A stretch of 64,000 nt of DNA from an uncultured Alphaproteobacteria bacterium (GTDB lineage Bacteria; Pseudomonadota; Alphaproteobacteria; Caulobacterales; Hyphomonadaceae). The position numbers and the translations under genes were made by a program. Position 1 is the first letter of the stretch, and every line of letters begins with the position of its first letter. A model generated the notes under the pieces. It saw nothing but the letters and a program-made list of their open reading frames with translations, was not told the origin of the DNA and did not search any database. Of this stretch, positions 9,905 through 17,685 are shown piece by piece. The DNA lies in assembly GCA_963836905.1 (NCBI GenBank), contig CAWIKY010000007.1, forward strand, positions 253,364 through 317,363, in the 5' to 3' direction.

Positions 9905-9923
9905 GATCATGCCTAGCATAATC
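9905..9923. promoter_or_regulatory. imperfect palindrome GATCATGC-cta-GCATAATC, candidate ParD operator
   Basis: 7 of 8 complementary arm positions, located 18-36 nt upstream of the parD ATG. TA antitoxins commonly autoregulate at such sites. Confidence 0.3.
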
Positions 9924-9948
9924 CTGCTCACCGGTCAGTCGTTCCGCG

Positions 9949-11037
9949 TCAGCCCTGCAGTCCGGCTGTTTGCGCGTTCGCATAGGCAAATTGGGCCAGA
10001 GGTGCGACCCGTTCTTCCATCGTCGCCGCAGCCGCATTCGACGCTGTCCCGTCACGCACCCGACCGACAATACCCTGACAGATCGCCGCCAGCCGGAAGG
10101 CGTTATAGGCGAAATAATACTCGACCTCAGGCAACCCGTCGCGGCCGGTATGGCGGCAATAATCGGCGATATACTGGTCGGCCGTCGGAATACCGTAAGC
10201 GTTCAGATCGTCTATATCGACAAGCGCGCCGCGTCCGGGATCGGAGCTTGGCATGAACCAGTTCATCAGATGATAGGTGAAATCGGCAAGCGGATCGCCA
10301 AGCGTTGAAAGCTCCCAATCAAGAACTGCCAGCACCTCCGGCTTGGTCGGATGCAGGATCATGTTGTCGAGACGATAGTCGCCATGCACGATCGTTGTGG
10401 TTTCGCCCGCGGGAATGTTTGCTGGCAGCCACTCGATCAACCGGTCCATCTCGGGGATCTTCGTCGTCTCGGACGCGATATATTGCTTGGACCAGCGATG
10501 TATCTGCCGGGCAATATAGTCGCCTTCCTTGCCAAACCCTTCGAGTCCCGCTGCGCGCCAGTCGACATTATGCAGGTCGGCAAAGGTTTTTACCTTCGCC
10601 GCGTAAATAGCGCGGCGCTCTTCGGGTTTGCTTTCAGGAAGTGTGCCATCCCAGAGTATGCGTCCGTCGATATGATCCATGACGTAGAAGATCGTACCGA
10701 CGACGCTCTCATCTTCGCAGAGTGCATAGGGTCGTGCGACCGGATACCCAAGCGGATGCAGGGCGGAAATCACCCTGAACTCGCGGTCAACAGCATGAGC
10801 GGACGGCAGAAGCTTTCCAGGCGGCTTGCGGCGCATGACGTAGGCATGGTTGGCCGAGACCAGCTTGAATGTCGGGTTCGATTGTCCGCCCTTGAACCGG
10901 CGCACCGTCACCGGACCCTCAAAGCCCTCGACATTCGCTTCCATCCAGCGAACAAGAGCCGCCTCATCGAACCGGTTCTCTTCCGAAACCTCCTTGGTTC
11001 CACTGAACAATTCCTGCGCCGAAGCCCCGTGTACCAT
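9949..11037 (-). CDS. phosphotransferase family protein (APH/ChoK-like kinase fold)
   Basis: 362 aa. GGQSNPTFK nucleotide loop, catalytic HGDYRLDNMI, and DWELSTLGDP. Confidence 0.8.
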   Translation of the reverse strand: MVHGASAQELFSGTKEVSEENRFDEAALVRWMEANVEGFEGPVTVRRFKGGQSNPTFKLVSANHAYVMRRKPPGKLLPSAHAVDREFRVISALHPLGYPVARPYALCEDESVVGTIFYVMDHIDGRILWDGTLPESKPEERRAIYAAKVKTFADLHNVDWRAAGLEGFGKEGDYIARQIHRWSKQYIASETTKIPEMDRLIEWLPANIPAGETTTIVHGDYRLDNMILHPTKPEVLAVLDWELSTLGDPLADFTYHLMNWFMPSSDPGRGALVDIDDLNAYGIPTADQYIADYCRHTGRDGLPEVEYYFAYNAFRLAAICQGIVGRVRDGTASNAAAATMEERVAPLAQFAYANAQTAGLQG

Positions 11038-11136
11038 AAGTCAGCTCCCTTGCCGTCCTGTCTGGTTGCCAGTGTAGGCAAGCGGCGCAGGGCGGCAAGG
11101 GAGCTGTGGTATTTTCATCAGGGAAGGATGCGCGAG

Positions 11137-11577
11137 CTAGGCGCGGTCTTCCATCATGTCGGCAAAGGACTCGCCTTCCTTGGCCGAGGCGTGCGCAAGC
11201 TCGAGAAGTTTCCGCGCTTCCAGGGCAAGATCGTCGTCCTTCAGCTTGTCCTCGATCTGGTTGGCGAGATGCTCTTCACCATCATCAATCGACCCAAGTG
11301 CCGCTTTCTCGTCGTCCTGGAACATGGATGTAAACTTCATCCAGCCACGATGTGCAGATGCCGCCATACCACCGCTTTCCTGCGGTGTGCCGCCCATGCT
11401 TCTCACTGCTGACTGGAATTGATCGATCAATTGCTTGCGGTCCTGCGCACGCTGGGCAAACTGGGTGCGCAGAAAATAATCCTCGTTCACCATCTCCATC
11501 GCATCGGTATAGCCCTTGTGGCTGTCGATCAGTGTCTTGGTGACATCATTCAATGTGTCGATGCTCTTGTCAGTCAT
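11137..11577 (-). CDS. PA2169/DUF2383 family four-helix-bundle protein
   Basis: 146 aa. The N-terminus DTLNDVTKTLIDSHKGYTDAMEMV is typical of DUF2383 ferritin-like proteins. Confidence 0.7.
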   Translation of the reverse strand: MTDKSIDTLNDVTKTLIDSHKGYTDAMEMVNEDYFLRTQFAQRAQDRKQLIDQFQSAVRSMGGTPQESGGMAASAHRGWMKFTSMFQDDEKAALGSIDDGEEHLANQIEDKLKDDDLALEARKLLELAHASAKEGESFADMMEDRA

Positions 11578-11690
11578 ATCAGGTCCTTGCTTGTCGTGCT
11601 TCGGGCCGCATGGCCCTGCCCCGAAACAATGCCGTCAGTGCGCGGCGGTTCCCCGACAATCCGGAGCAGGACAGACAGGCCCTGCTTCTT

Positions 11691-12971
11691 TCAGGTAATC
11701 CGCCAACCGATGTCACGCCTGCAAAAACCCGTGGGCCAGTCGATTGCATCAACCCCTTCATAGGCCCTCGCCAGAGCGGTCTTCAGATCGTCAGCCGAGG
11801 CCGTCACACCGAGTACGCGCCCGCCGCTGGAAACGAGCGTCCCATCCGCCGCCGTATCGGTTCCCGCATGGAAAACCGTGACGCCGTCGCGTGCGTTCGC
11901 ATCTGCAATGCCCTTGATGACATGCCCCTTCTGATAGCTGCCGGGGTAGCCTTCTGCCGCCATCACAATGCAGGCCGAAGGCTGAAACCTTGTCGCATCG
12001 AGCAGGCTTTCGAAATGCCGCGCAGGCATTCCTCCGGTTGCGCAGGCCAGCAGCACCGGAACGATATCATCCTCCAGACCGGCCATCAGAACCTGACATT
12101 CCGGATCTCCGAACCGGCAATTGTACTCGACAACTTTCGGACCGTCGCGCGTCAGCATCAGGCCGATATACAGCACGCCCTGAAACATCGCGCCCTCACC
12201 GCTCAGGGCTTCGAGCGTTGGGCGGACAATGGTTTCAATCGCCGTATTCGTGAGGTCCGGCGTCAAAACGGCCGCAGGCGCGTAGGCCCCCATGCCGCCA
12301 GTATTGGGCCCAGTATCGCCCTCGCCAACGCGCTTGTGGTCCTGCGCTGCGGGCAGACAGATGAAATTGCTTCCATCCGTCAGCACGAAGAGGCTGGCTT
12401 CCTCGCCCTCCATGAAAGCTTCGATCACCACTTCTTCCGACGCCGTGCCGAATTTTCCCGAAAGCATCTCTTCCAGTTCGCGCTCGGCTTCTTCCCGGTC
12501 CTGCGCGATCACCACACCTTTGCCGGCGGCTAGGCCATCGGCCTTGAGAACGTACGGGGCGTCAAGTGTATCGAGGAAGGCGACAGCATCTTCCAGCGCC
12601 GTGAACCGACCAAATGCGGCGGTCGGAATGCCATGGCGCGCCATCAATTCTTTGGAATAGGCCTTAGAGGCTTCGATCCGGGCCGCATCCTTGCCGGGGC
12701 CGAAGACGTCGAATCCTCGCGCCCGGAGGAGGTCGGCCAGTCCGTCGGCGAGCGGCTGCTCGGGTCCGATCACAACGAGATCAGGTTCGAGTTGAAGAAC
12801 AAGCTTCTGAATGGCTGACTGGTCTTCGATGTCGACATCGAAACACGGGCCGATCAGGTCCATGCCGGGATTGCCGGGCGCACACCAGACGGTGTCAACG
12901 AGGGGCGAAGCGGCGATTTTCCAGGCCAGCGCATGTTCGCGCCCGCCGGAACCGAGAATAAGTATGTTCAT
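11691..12971 (-). CDS. purD: phosphoribosylamine--glycine ligase
   Basis: MNILILGSGGREHALAWK start, ATP-grasp core, and C-terminal GGRVLGVTA. The start was set to the ATG at 12971 rather than the ORF-track 13004. Confidence 0.95.
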   Translation of the reverse strand: MNILILGSGGREHALAWKIAASPLVDTVWCAPGNPGMDLIGPCFDVDIEDQSAIQKLVLQLEPDLVVIGPEQPLADGLADLLRARGFDVFGPGKDAARIEASKAYSKELMARHGIPTAAFGRFTALEDAVAFLDTLDAPYVLKADGLAAGKGVVIAQDREEAERELEEMLSGKFGTASEEVVIEAFMEGEEASLFVLTDGSNFICLPAAQDHKRVGEGDTGPNTGGMGAYAPAAVLTPDLTNTAIETIVRPTLEALSGEGAMFQGVLYIGLMLTRDGPKVVEYNCRFGDPECQVLMAGLEDDIVPVLLACATGGMPARHFESLLDATRFQPSACIVMAAEGYPGSYQKGHVIKGIADANARDGVTVFHAGTDTAADGTLVSSGGRVLGVTASADDLKTALARAYEGVDAIDWPTGFCRRDIGWRIT

Positions 12972-13111
12972 GCGGCAAGGTGATGGCGCGGCATCGGGTT
13001 GCAATCAAGTGATTCACGGATGTTCGCGGCCTCGACGCAAGGGAACGTTTGCCCCGGCAGCGGTGTTTGAAGACATAGATATGCAGTTTCCGTGCACTCA
13101 AGGAGAGCGCC

Positions 13112-13291
13112 ATGAACACGACCGATCCGCAGTCCCTGCCGCCGCGAACCGCTGACGATTATGACAACCCACAGGCCGTACTTGCCGATTCGGATCTGAC
13201 CCCGAAGGACAAGCGTCGGCTGCTCCAGTCCATGCGAACTCGACACCGAGGCCCTGATCCGAGCCTCGGACGAAAACATGGGCGGCGGTGA
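13112..13291 (+). pseudogene. small ORF with strong RBS that reads into the USP frame after a +1 shift (see findings)
   Basis: AGGAG at 13101-13105 precedes the ATG at 13112. The product MNTTDPQSLPPRTADDYDNPQAVLADSDLTPKDKRRLLQS then degenerates into an R/G/H-rich tail. The neighbouring frame continues with ELDTEALIRASDENMGGGE. Confidence 0.4.
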
Positions 13292-13847
13292 GCGTCCGAC
13301 GAACATAGACGATATCAACGATGCCCTGGCCTCGCTCAATGAGGCTACGGGCGAAGGGTTTTCCCGCATACTGGTAGCGCTCGACCCCAATGGGGATCTG
13401 GCAGCAGGCGTAGCGCAGACGGCTCACCGACTTGCCCAAACGCTCGGCGCGGAAGTCCGCTACCTTGCGATTGCCGAACCGCAAGTTTCGGTGCCGGCTG
13501 CAACCTCGGGCGTCTACCCGCCTGATCCGATCGCCTACGGAGTGCCCGCCGCAGCGCTGTCGCCGCAGCAGGATGCCGAACGACGCACACATATTTCCCG
13601 TATCCTGACATCGGCAACAGGCGAGGACGAGCACGATGTCGAGGTCCGCTACGGCAGCGCGTCGGACGAGATTCAGGCAGCGGCCACCGAATGGTCCGCC
13701 GATCTGATTATTCTCGGCGCCCGGACCCGCGGCTGGCTGCAACGCATGTTCGACCCCTCGACCTCGGAACATGTCGCACGCGACTCCAGCTGCGCAGTGA
13801 TGATCCTGCCGGAGCGTGCCCTGATGAACACGGCGAAACGCGACTGA
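13278..13847 (+). CDS. universal stress protein (UspA family)
   Basis: 189 aa. ILVALD...EVRYLAIAEP...YGSASDEIQAAATEWSADLIILGARTRG...STSEHVARDSSCAVMILPE. There is no SD in front of the ATG at 13278. Confidence 0.75.
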   Translation: MGGGERPTNIDDINDALASLNEATGEGFSRILVALDPNGDLAAGVAQTAHRLAQTLGAEVRYLAIAEPQVSVPAATSGVYPPDPIAYGVPAAALSPQQDAERRTHISRILTSATGEDEHDVEVRYGSASDEIQAAATEWSADLIILGARTRGWLQRMFDPSTSEHVARDSSCAVMILPERALMNTAKRD

Positions 13848-13894
13848 TGGTGCGCCGCCAAACATCCAAAACAGACAAGCAACAAGGATATCTC

Positions 13895-14353
13895 ATGACA
13901 CTTTCAATCGATCACGGAACCTGGGTCGTCGTCGCCGACGGAGACCAGCATCTCGTTCTCAGAAACGAAGGTGATGCCGAACTGGCAGACTTGCGGGTCG
14001 TCGACCATGACGACCAGAAGAACCCGCCGGACCGCGAACAGGCCACCGACAAGCCCGGACGCCGCCGCGACGATGGCGAGCATGGCCGCAGCGCCATGGA
14101 CGAGACCGATTTCCATGAAAAGGCGAAGGAAGACTTCGCCAAGGAACTGGCCGAAGATCTTTCAAAGAAGGCGCTCAACAACGTTTATGAGAAGCTGGTG
14201 CTCGTTGCCGATCCATCCACGCTTGGCATTCTGCGCGACAACCTCCACGACGAAGCGAAAAAGCGCGTGACAGACGAGGTTGCCAAGACCCTGACCAATC
14301 ACTCGCCGTCAGATATCCAGCGCATTCTGTGTGGCAAGAACGAACCGACCTGA
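13895..14353 (+). CDS. host-attachment-protein family protein
   Basis: 152 aa starting at the ATG at 13895 (AAGGA upstream). WVVVADGDQHLVLRNEGD...LVLVADPSTLGILRDNLH...VAKTLTNHSPSDIQ resembles the Host_attach family. Confidence 0.65.
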   Translation: MTLSIDHGTWVVVADGDQHLVLRNEGDAELADLRVVDHDDQKNPPDREQATDKPGRRRDDGEHGRSAMDETDFHEKAKEDFAKELAEDLSKKALNNVYEKLVLVADPSTLGILRDNLHDEAKKRVTDEVAKTLTNHSPSDIQRILCGKNEPT

Positions 14354-14366
14354 TCCGCCTGCCAGT

Positions 14367-15968
14367 TTAAAAGAGGCTCCCCTGCCCGCCGCTGCCTTTC
14401 CCGGGCGGCGGCGTTTTTCGTACCGGTTTGGCTACGGATTCCTGCGGAGGCGAAACACTGCCCCTGCCGGTCGATGTTGTGATCCGCCCGTCGGCAAATT
14501 CTAACTCCAGCCTGGCAGCCGACTTTGCCGCGTCCACGTGCCGGATGAGCGCGCCTGCCTCGTCGCGGACAAGGGCAAACCCGCGTTGCAGGGTTCCTTC
14601 ATGGCTCAATGTGCGCAAGAGCGCAGACCGGCCTGACAAGGCTTGTGTCTGCGCAGCCAGATACCCGTTCATGGCCCGCGCCAGCCGGCCGCCGGTCCGC
14701 TCCAGTGCCTCCGAGCGCGCACTATTGGTGCGTTGGCGTTCAGCGATTGCCGACAGGCGGAGCGTGGCACGGTTCAGGCGATCGCGGCGGTCGCGAACCA
14801 GCGATGTGCTCGAGCGCACCATGTCCTTCACCATCGTATCGAGGCGGAGGGCACGTGCTGCAATATCATTCTGCAGGGCTTTCGGACGCAGGCGGACACC
14901 TACCGCCTGATAGCTGCCCCGCTTGGCAGCGACCATGCGTTCCAGCGAGCGCGCAAGACGGCTCTCGATATAATCAAACCGCTGTTGCCGGGCCTCCAGG
15001 AGCCTCGCCGGAGCCGGAAGTCGTGCGGCCAGCCCGGCCAGCAAACGCGCCTGCAGATCGGTCCGCGAGACCAGCGCCCGGGAAAGGCGCGTCCCCAGAC
15101 CTGCCAGATCGATGGCCAGATCAGCGCGGACCGGTACGGCAATCTCTGCCGCGCCCGTGGGCGTCGGGGCGCGCGCATCCGAGACATAGTCGATCAGGGT
15201 CGTATCGGTCTCGTGTCCGACAGCGGAAATCAGCGGAATGACCGAACCGGCCGCGGCGCGAACGACGTTTTCCTCGTTGAACGGCCAGAGGTCCTCGATG
15301 GAGCCACCGCCGCGGGCCACGATGATGACGTCAGGACGCGGCACCGGCCCGCCAGGTTCGATAGCATTGAAACCGAGAATACCGGCTTCGATCTGGCCGG
15401 CCGCAAGATCGCCCTGCACCAAAGCGGGCCAGACCAGAACATGCGCCGGAAAACGGCCTTCGATCCGGTGCAGGATGTCACGGATCACCGCGCCGGTCGG
15501 GCTGGTCACGACGCCGATGACGCGCGGCAGAAACGGCAATGCCTGCTTCCGGTCAGCCTCGAACAGGCCCTCGGCAGCGAGTTTCTTGCGGCGTTCCTCC
15601 AGCAGGGCCATCAGCGCGCCCACGCCTGCCGGGCGCATGGTTTCGGCAATCAACTGATAGGCAGACCGGCCCGCATAGATGGACAGCTTGCCTTCGGCGA
15701 CGACCTCCAGCCCTTCTTCGGGCTTGAACGCCAAGCGTTGGGCATTGCCTTTCCACATTACGGTGTTGATGACGGCGCTCTCATCCTTGAGGTCGGCATA
15801 GATATGGCCGGACCTTGCAATCGTGACCCGCCCCAGCTCGCCGCGAACCCGCACGCGATCGAAATTGTCCTCAACGGTCCGCTTCAGCCGTCCGGCAAGC
15901 TCGGAGACCGACAGTTCGGGCGCATTCGAGAGCGTGCCGGGCGGGTCTGGAAAAGGTGTCTCGTTCAT
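14367..15968 (-). CDS. xseA: exodeoxyribonuclease VII large subunit
   Basis: 533 aa. OB-fold N-terminus VRVRGELGRV...SGHIYADLKD, and the VIGVVTSPTGAVIRD and ARGGGSIEDLWPFN motifs. Confidence 0.9.
   Translation of the reverse strand: MNETPFPDPPGTLSNAPELSVSELAGRLKRTVEDNFDRVRVRGELGRVTIARSGHIYADLKDESAVINTVMWKGNAQRLAFKPEEGLEVVAEGKLSIYAGRSAYQLIAETMRPAGVGALMALLEERRKKLAAEGLFEADRKQALPFLPRVIGVVTSPTGAVIRDILHRIEGRFPAHVLVWPALVQGDLAAGQIEAGILGFNAIEPGGPVPRPDVIIVARGGGSIEDLWPFNEENVVRAAAGSVIPLISAVGHETDTTLIDYVSDARAPTPTGAAEIAVPVRADLAIDLAGLGTRLSRALVSRTDLQARLLAGLAARLPAPARLLEARQQRFDYIESRLARSLERMVAAKRGSYQAVGVRLRPKALQNDIAARALRLDTMVKDMVRSSTSLVRDRRDRLNRATLRLSAIAERQRTNSARSEALERTGGRLARAMNGYLAAQTQALSGRSALLRTLSHEGTLQRGFALVRDEAGALIRHVDAAKSAARLELEFADGRITTSTGRGSVSPPQESVAKPVRKTPPPGKGSGGQGSLF
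14384..14418 (+). terminator. GC-rich hairpin plus T5 tract, candidate terminator of the USP/host-attachment genes
   Basis: An imperfect stem around CGCCGCTGCC/GGGCGGCGGCG is followed by TTTTT at 14414-14418. It lies inside the 3' coding end of the convergent xseA. Confidence 0.45.
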
Positions 15969-15995
15969 AGTGACATCATGGCCTGCACCGGCCGC

Positions 15996-17000
15996 TCATG
16001 CCAAGCCTGCCAGTGCCGCACCAAGCTGATCGCCGCTCGTCCAGGCATCCTCTATGCGCGGACCGATGCGCCAGTCGCCGCAGACACCGAGACGCTTGTC
16101 TGCATCAAGCGCGAAAGGCGAGGTCGCCGGAGTGGCAACCTGCGAATAGCGCCAGCGATGCGCGGAACAAAGAACGGGCTTGTCCTGCAAGTCGAACCGG
16201 TCGGAAAAGGCGGAGGCCAGCCGCTCGGCCACATCATCAGCGTCATTTTCCAGATGATCCTTCGACCAGTCCGGCGAGCCGTGAATAACCCAGGTTTCAC
16301 CTGCCCCGCGCCCGGGTTTGGAGGCATTGCGCGCTGCCCATGAAAACGGCTGGGCACGGAACTTTGCGCCGTCGAAATCCAGTGGAAGCGGTTTTTTGAA
16401 GGCCAGCATCAATGCCCAGCACGGGTCGGACCCGGCGGCCTCTGCTTCGGCCGCAAGCTGCGGATCGCAAGACGCCAGCAGGACGCATGCCTGCTCGACG
16501 GGTGTTGCACACACAACCGCATCGAATGTTCCCAGCGTCTCGCCCGCATCGTCTTTCAATGACCATCTAGCCGCGCTGTCCCGTTCCATCTGCCCCACGC
16601 GGCTGGCAAAGCTGACATCTACCGTCTCCGGCAGAGCCGCGATCATTCCCTTGACCAGTCCGTTCATGCCCGGGGTTCCGACATAGCGCGCTTGTGCATC
16701 AAGCCGCTCGAACCCACCCTCGGCGTCGAAGGCAAGATGGCGACCGGTCCACACATCGACATGACCGCTGGCGCGAAGCGACTTGACAAGATCGGCAAAG
16801 CCTTGCGTCCGGGCGGTGAAATACTGGGCCCCGTGATCGAACTGAAGCTCACCCAGCGGCGTCTGCGCGCGCCGCGTGGAAAGACGCCCGCCCGGCCCGC
16901 GCCCCTTGTCGAACACGGTCGCCTGCTGGCCCGCCTTTGCCAGACGCGCCGCGCACGCAAGGCCAGCTACGCCTCCGCCAATGATTGCTGTCGATGTCAT
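15996..17000 (-). CDS. NAD(P)/FAD-dependent oxidoreductase (renalase-like, COG3380 type)
   Basis: 334 aa. Dinucleotide fold IIGGGVAGLACAARLAKAG...VFDKGRGPGGRLSTRR, and a C-terminal GDW motif. Confidence 0.8.
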   Translation of the reverse strand: MTSTAIIGGGVAGLACAARLAKAGQQATVFDKGRGPGGRLSTRRAQTPLGELQFDHGAQYFTARTQGFADLVKSLRASGHVDVWTGRHLAFDAEGGFERLDAQARYVGTPGMNGLVKGMIAALPETVDVSFASRVGQMERDSAARWSLKDDAGETLGTFDAVVCATPVEQACVLLASCDPQLAAEAEAAGSDPCWALMLAFKKPLPLDFDGAKFRAQPFSWAARNASKPGRGAGETWVIHGSPDWSKDHLENDADDVAERLASAFSDRFDLQDKPVLCSAHRWRYSQVATPATSPFALDADKRLGVCGDWRIGPRIEDAWTSGDQLGAALAGLA

Positions 17001-17521
17001 GACTGGCTCCCTGGACGCTGCGCAGAGGAATTAGCACGAATGGCGGCGGCGTCGACCGGCGAATAGACCATGCGCCGAAAGCTCCACCGGTTCTGGACCG
17101 TGGAGGTGCGGGGTGGGTGAGGGCCGGGCGGGATGTCCTGCCGAAGCGGTTTAATGCCTTGCTTTCGCAGAGGCTGGTTTGGTGCTCGGGAAGCCATCCC
17201 GCCCGCAATGATGTGCCAGAGCCTCGGACTTACGCCCATCGGAGCGGCTTGAAAGGGCCGCATCCGACTTCAGTGGCAGCCCGCGCGGATTGCCGCCGGG
17301 TTCGTGGACCTCTTCGCCGTACCATCCTTGAGGGGTTGGTTGGTCCACCTCTGACAGCCACGGATCATCGCCGCACATGACGGGCCGGACCTTCCGGTTG
17401 GCCCCTCCGCCATGCGTGCGAGGAGTATGAGGCAGGATGGCGGGGGTTGGAGTGATTTGCGGTGGGCGGGCGCTTGCTATTATCAGTTTATTCCGAGAAC
17501 TGACCCCCACCCCTAGCTCGC

Positions 17522-17546
17522 GAAATTGATTCACCGGATCAATTTC
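17522..17546. promoter_or_regulatory. AT-rich perfect inverted repeat GAAATTGAT-N7-ATCAATTTC
   Basis: 9-bp perfect arms read directly from the sequence. It sits in the 690-bp gene-poor gap between divL and the oxidoreductase gene. Confidence 0.25.
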
Positions 17547-17685
17547 TTCGCTCGCAAGCCCCCTTTCATGGGGAGGGGTCCCGCCTGGAAACGCTTCGTG
17601 GCCAAGGACGTGGATCAAGAGTCAACTGGTCCCTTCCGAAAGGCTGCCCCGGATATGGCTGACGCTAGTCCGGGGCTTGCAGCGC

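Noticed and set aside
10351-11412. Long antisense ORFs (10351-11412, 11553-12533, 14643-16343, 18529-20019, 27437-29467, 34717-36000, 36207-37055, 47782-49938, 55060-56733, 58882-60030, 62217-63197)
   Set aside because: Each lies opposite a gene with clear family motifs. Their products are Arg/Gly/Ala/His-rich with no recognisable domains. This is the usual shadow-ORF effect in high-GC DNA.
17522-17546. FNR/FixK box
   Set aside because: The arms contain TTGAT and ATCAA, but the spacing is 7 nt instead of the 4 nt of the TTGAT-N4-ATCAA consensus.
17151-17618. 155-aa minus-strand ORF as a real gene
   Set aside because: Its N-terminal half runs through repeat hairpins, third-position GC is only moderate, and I recognise no family. 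It is kept only as an open question in the findings.
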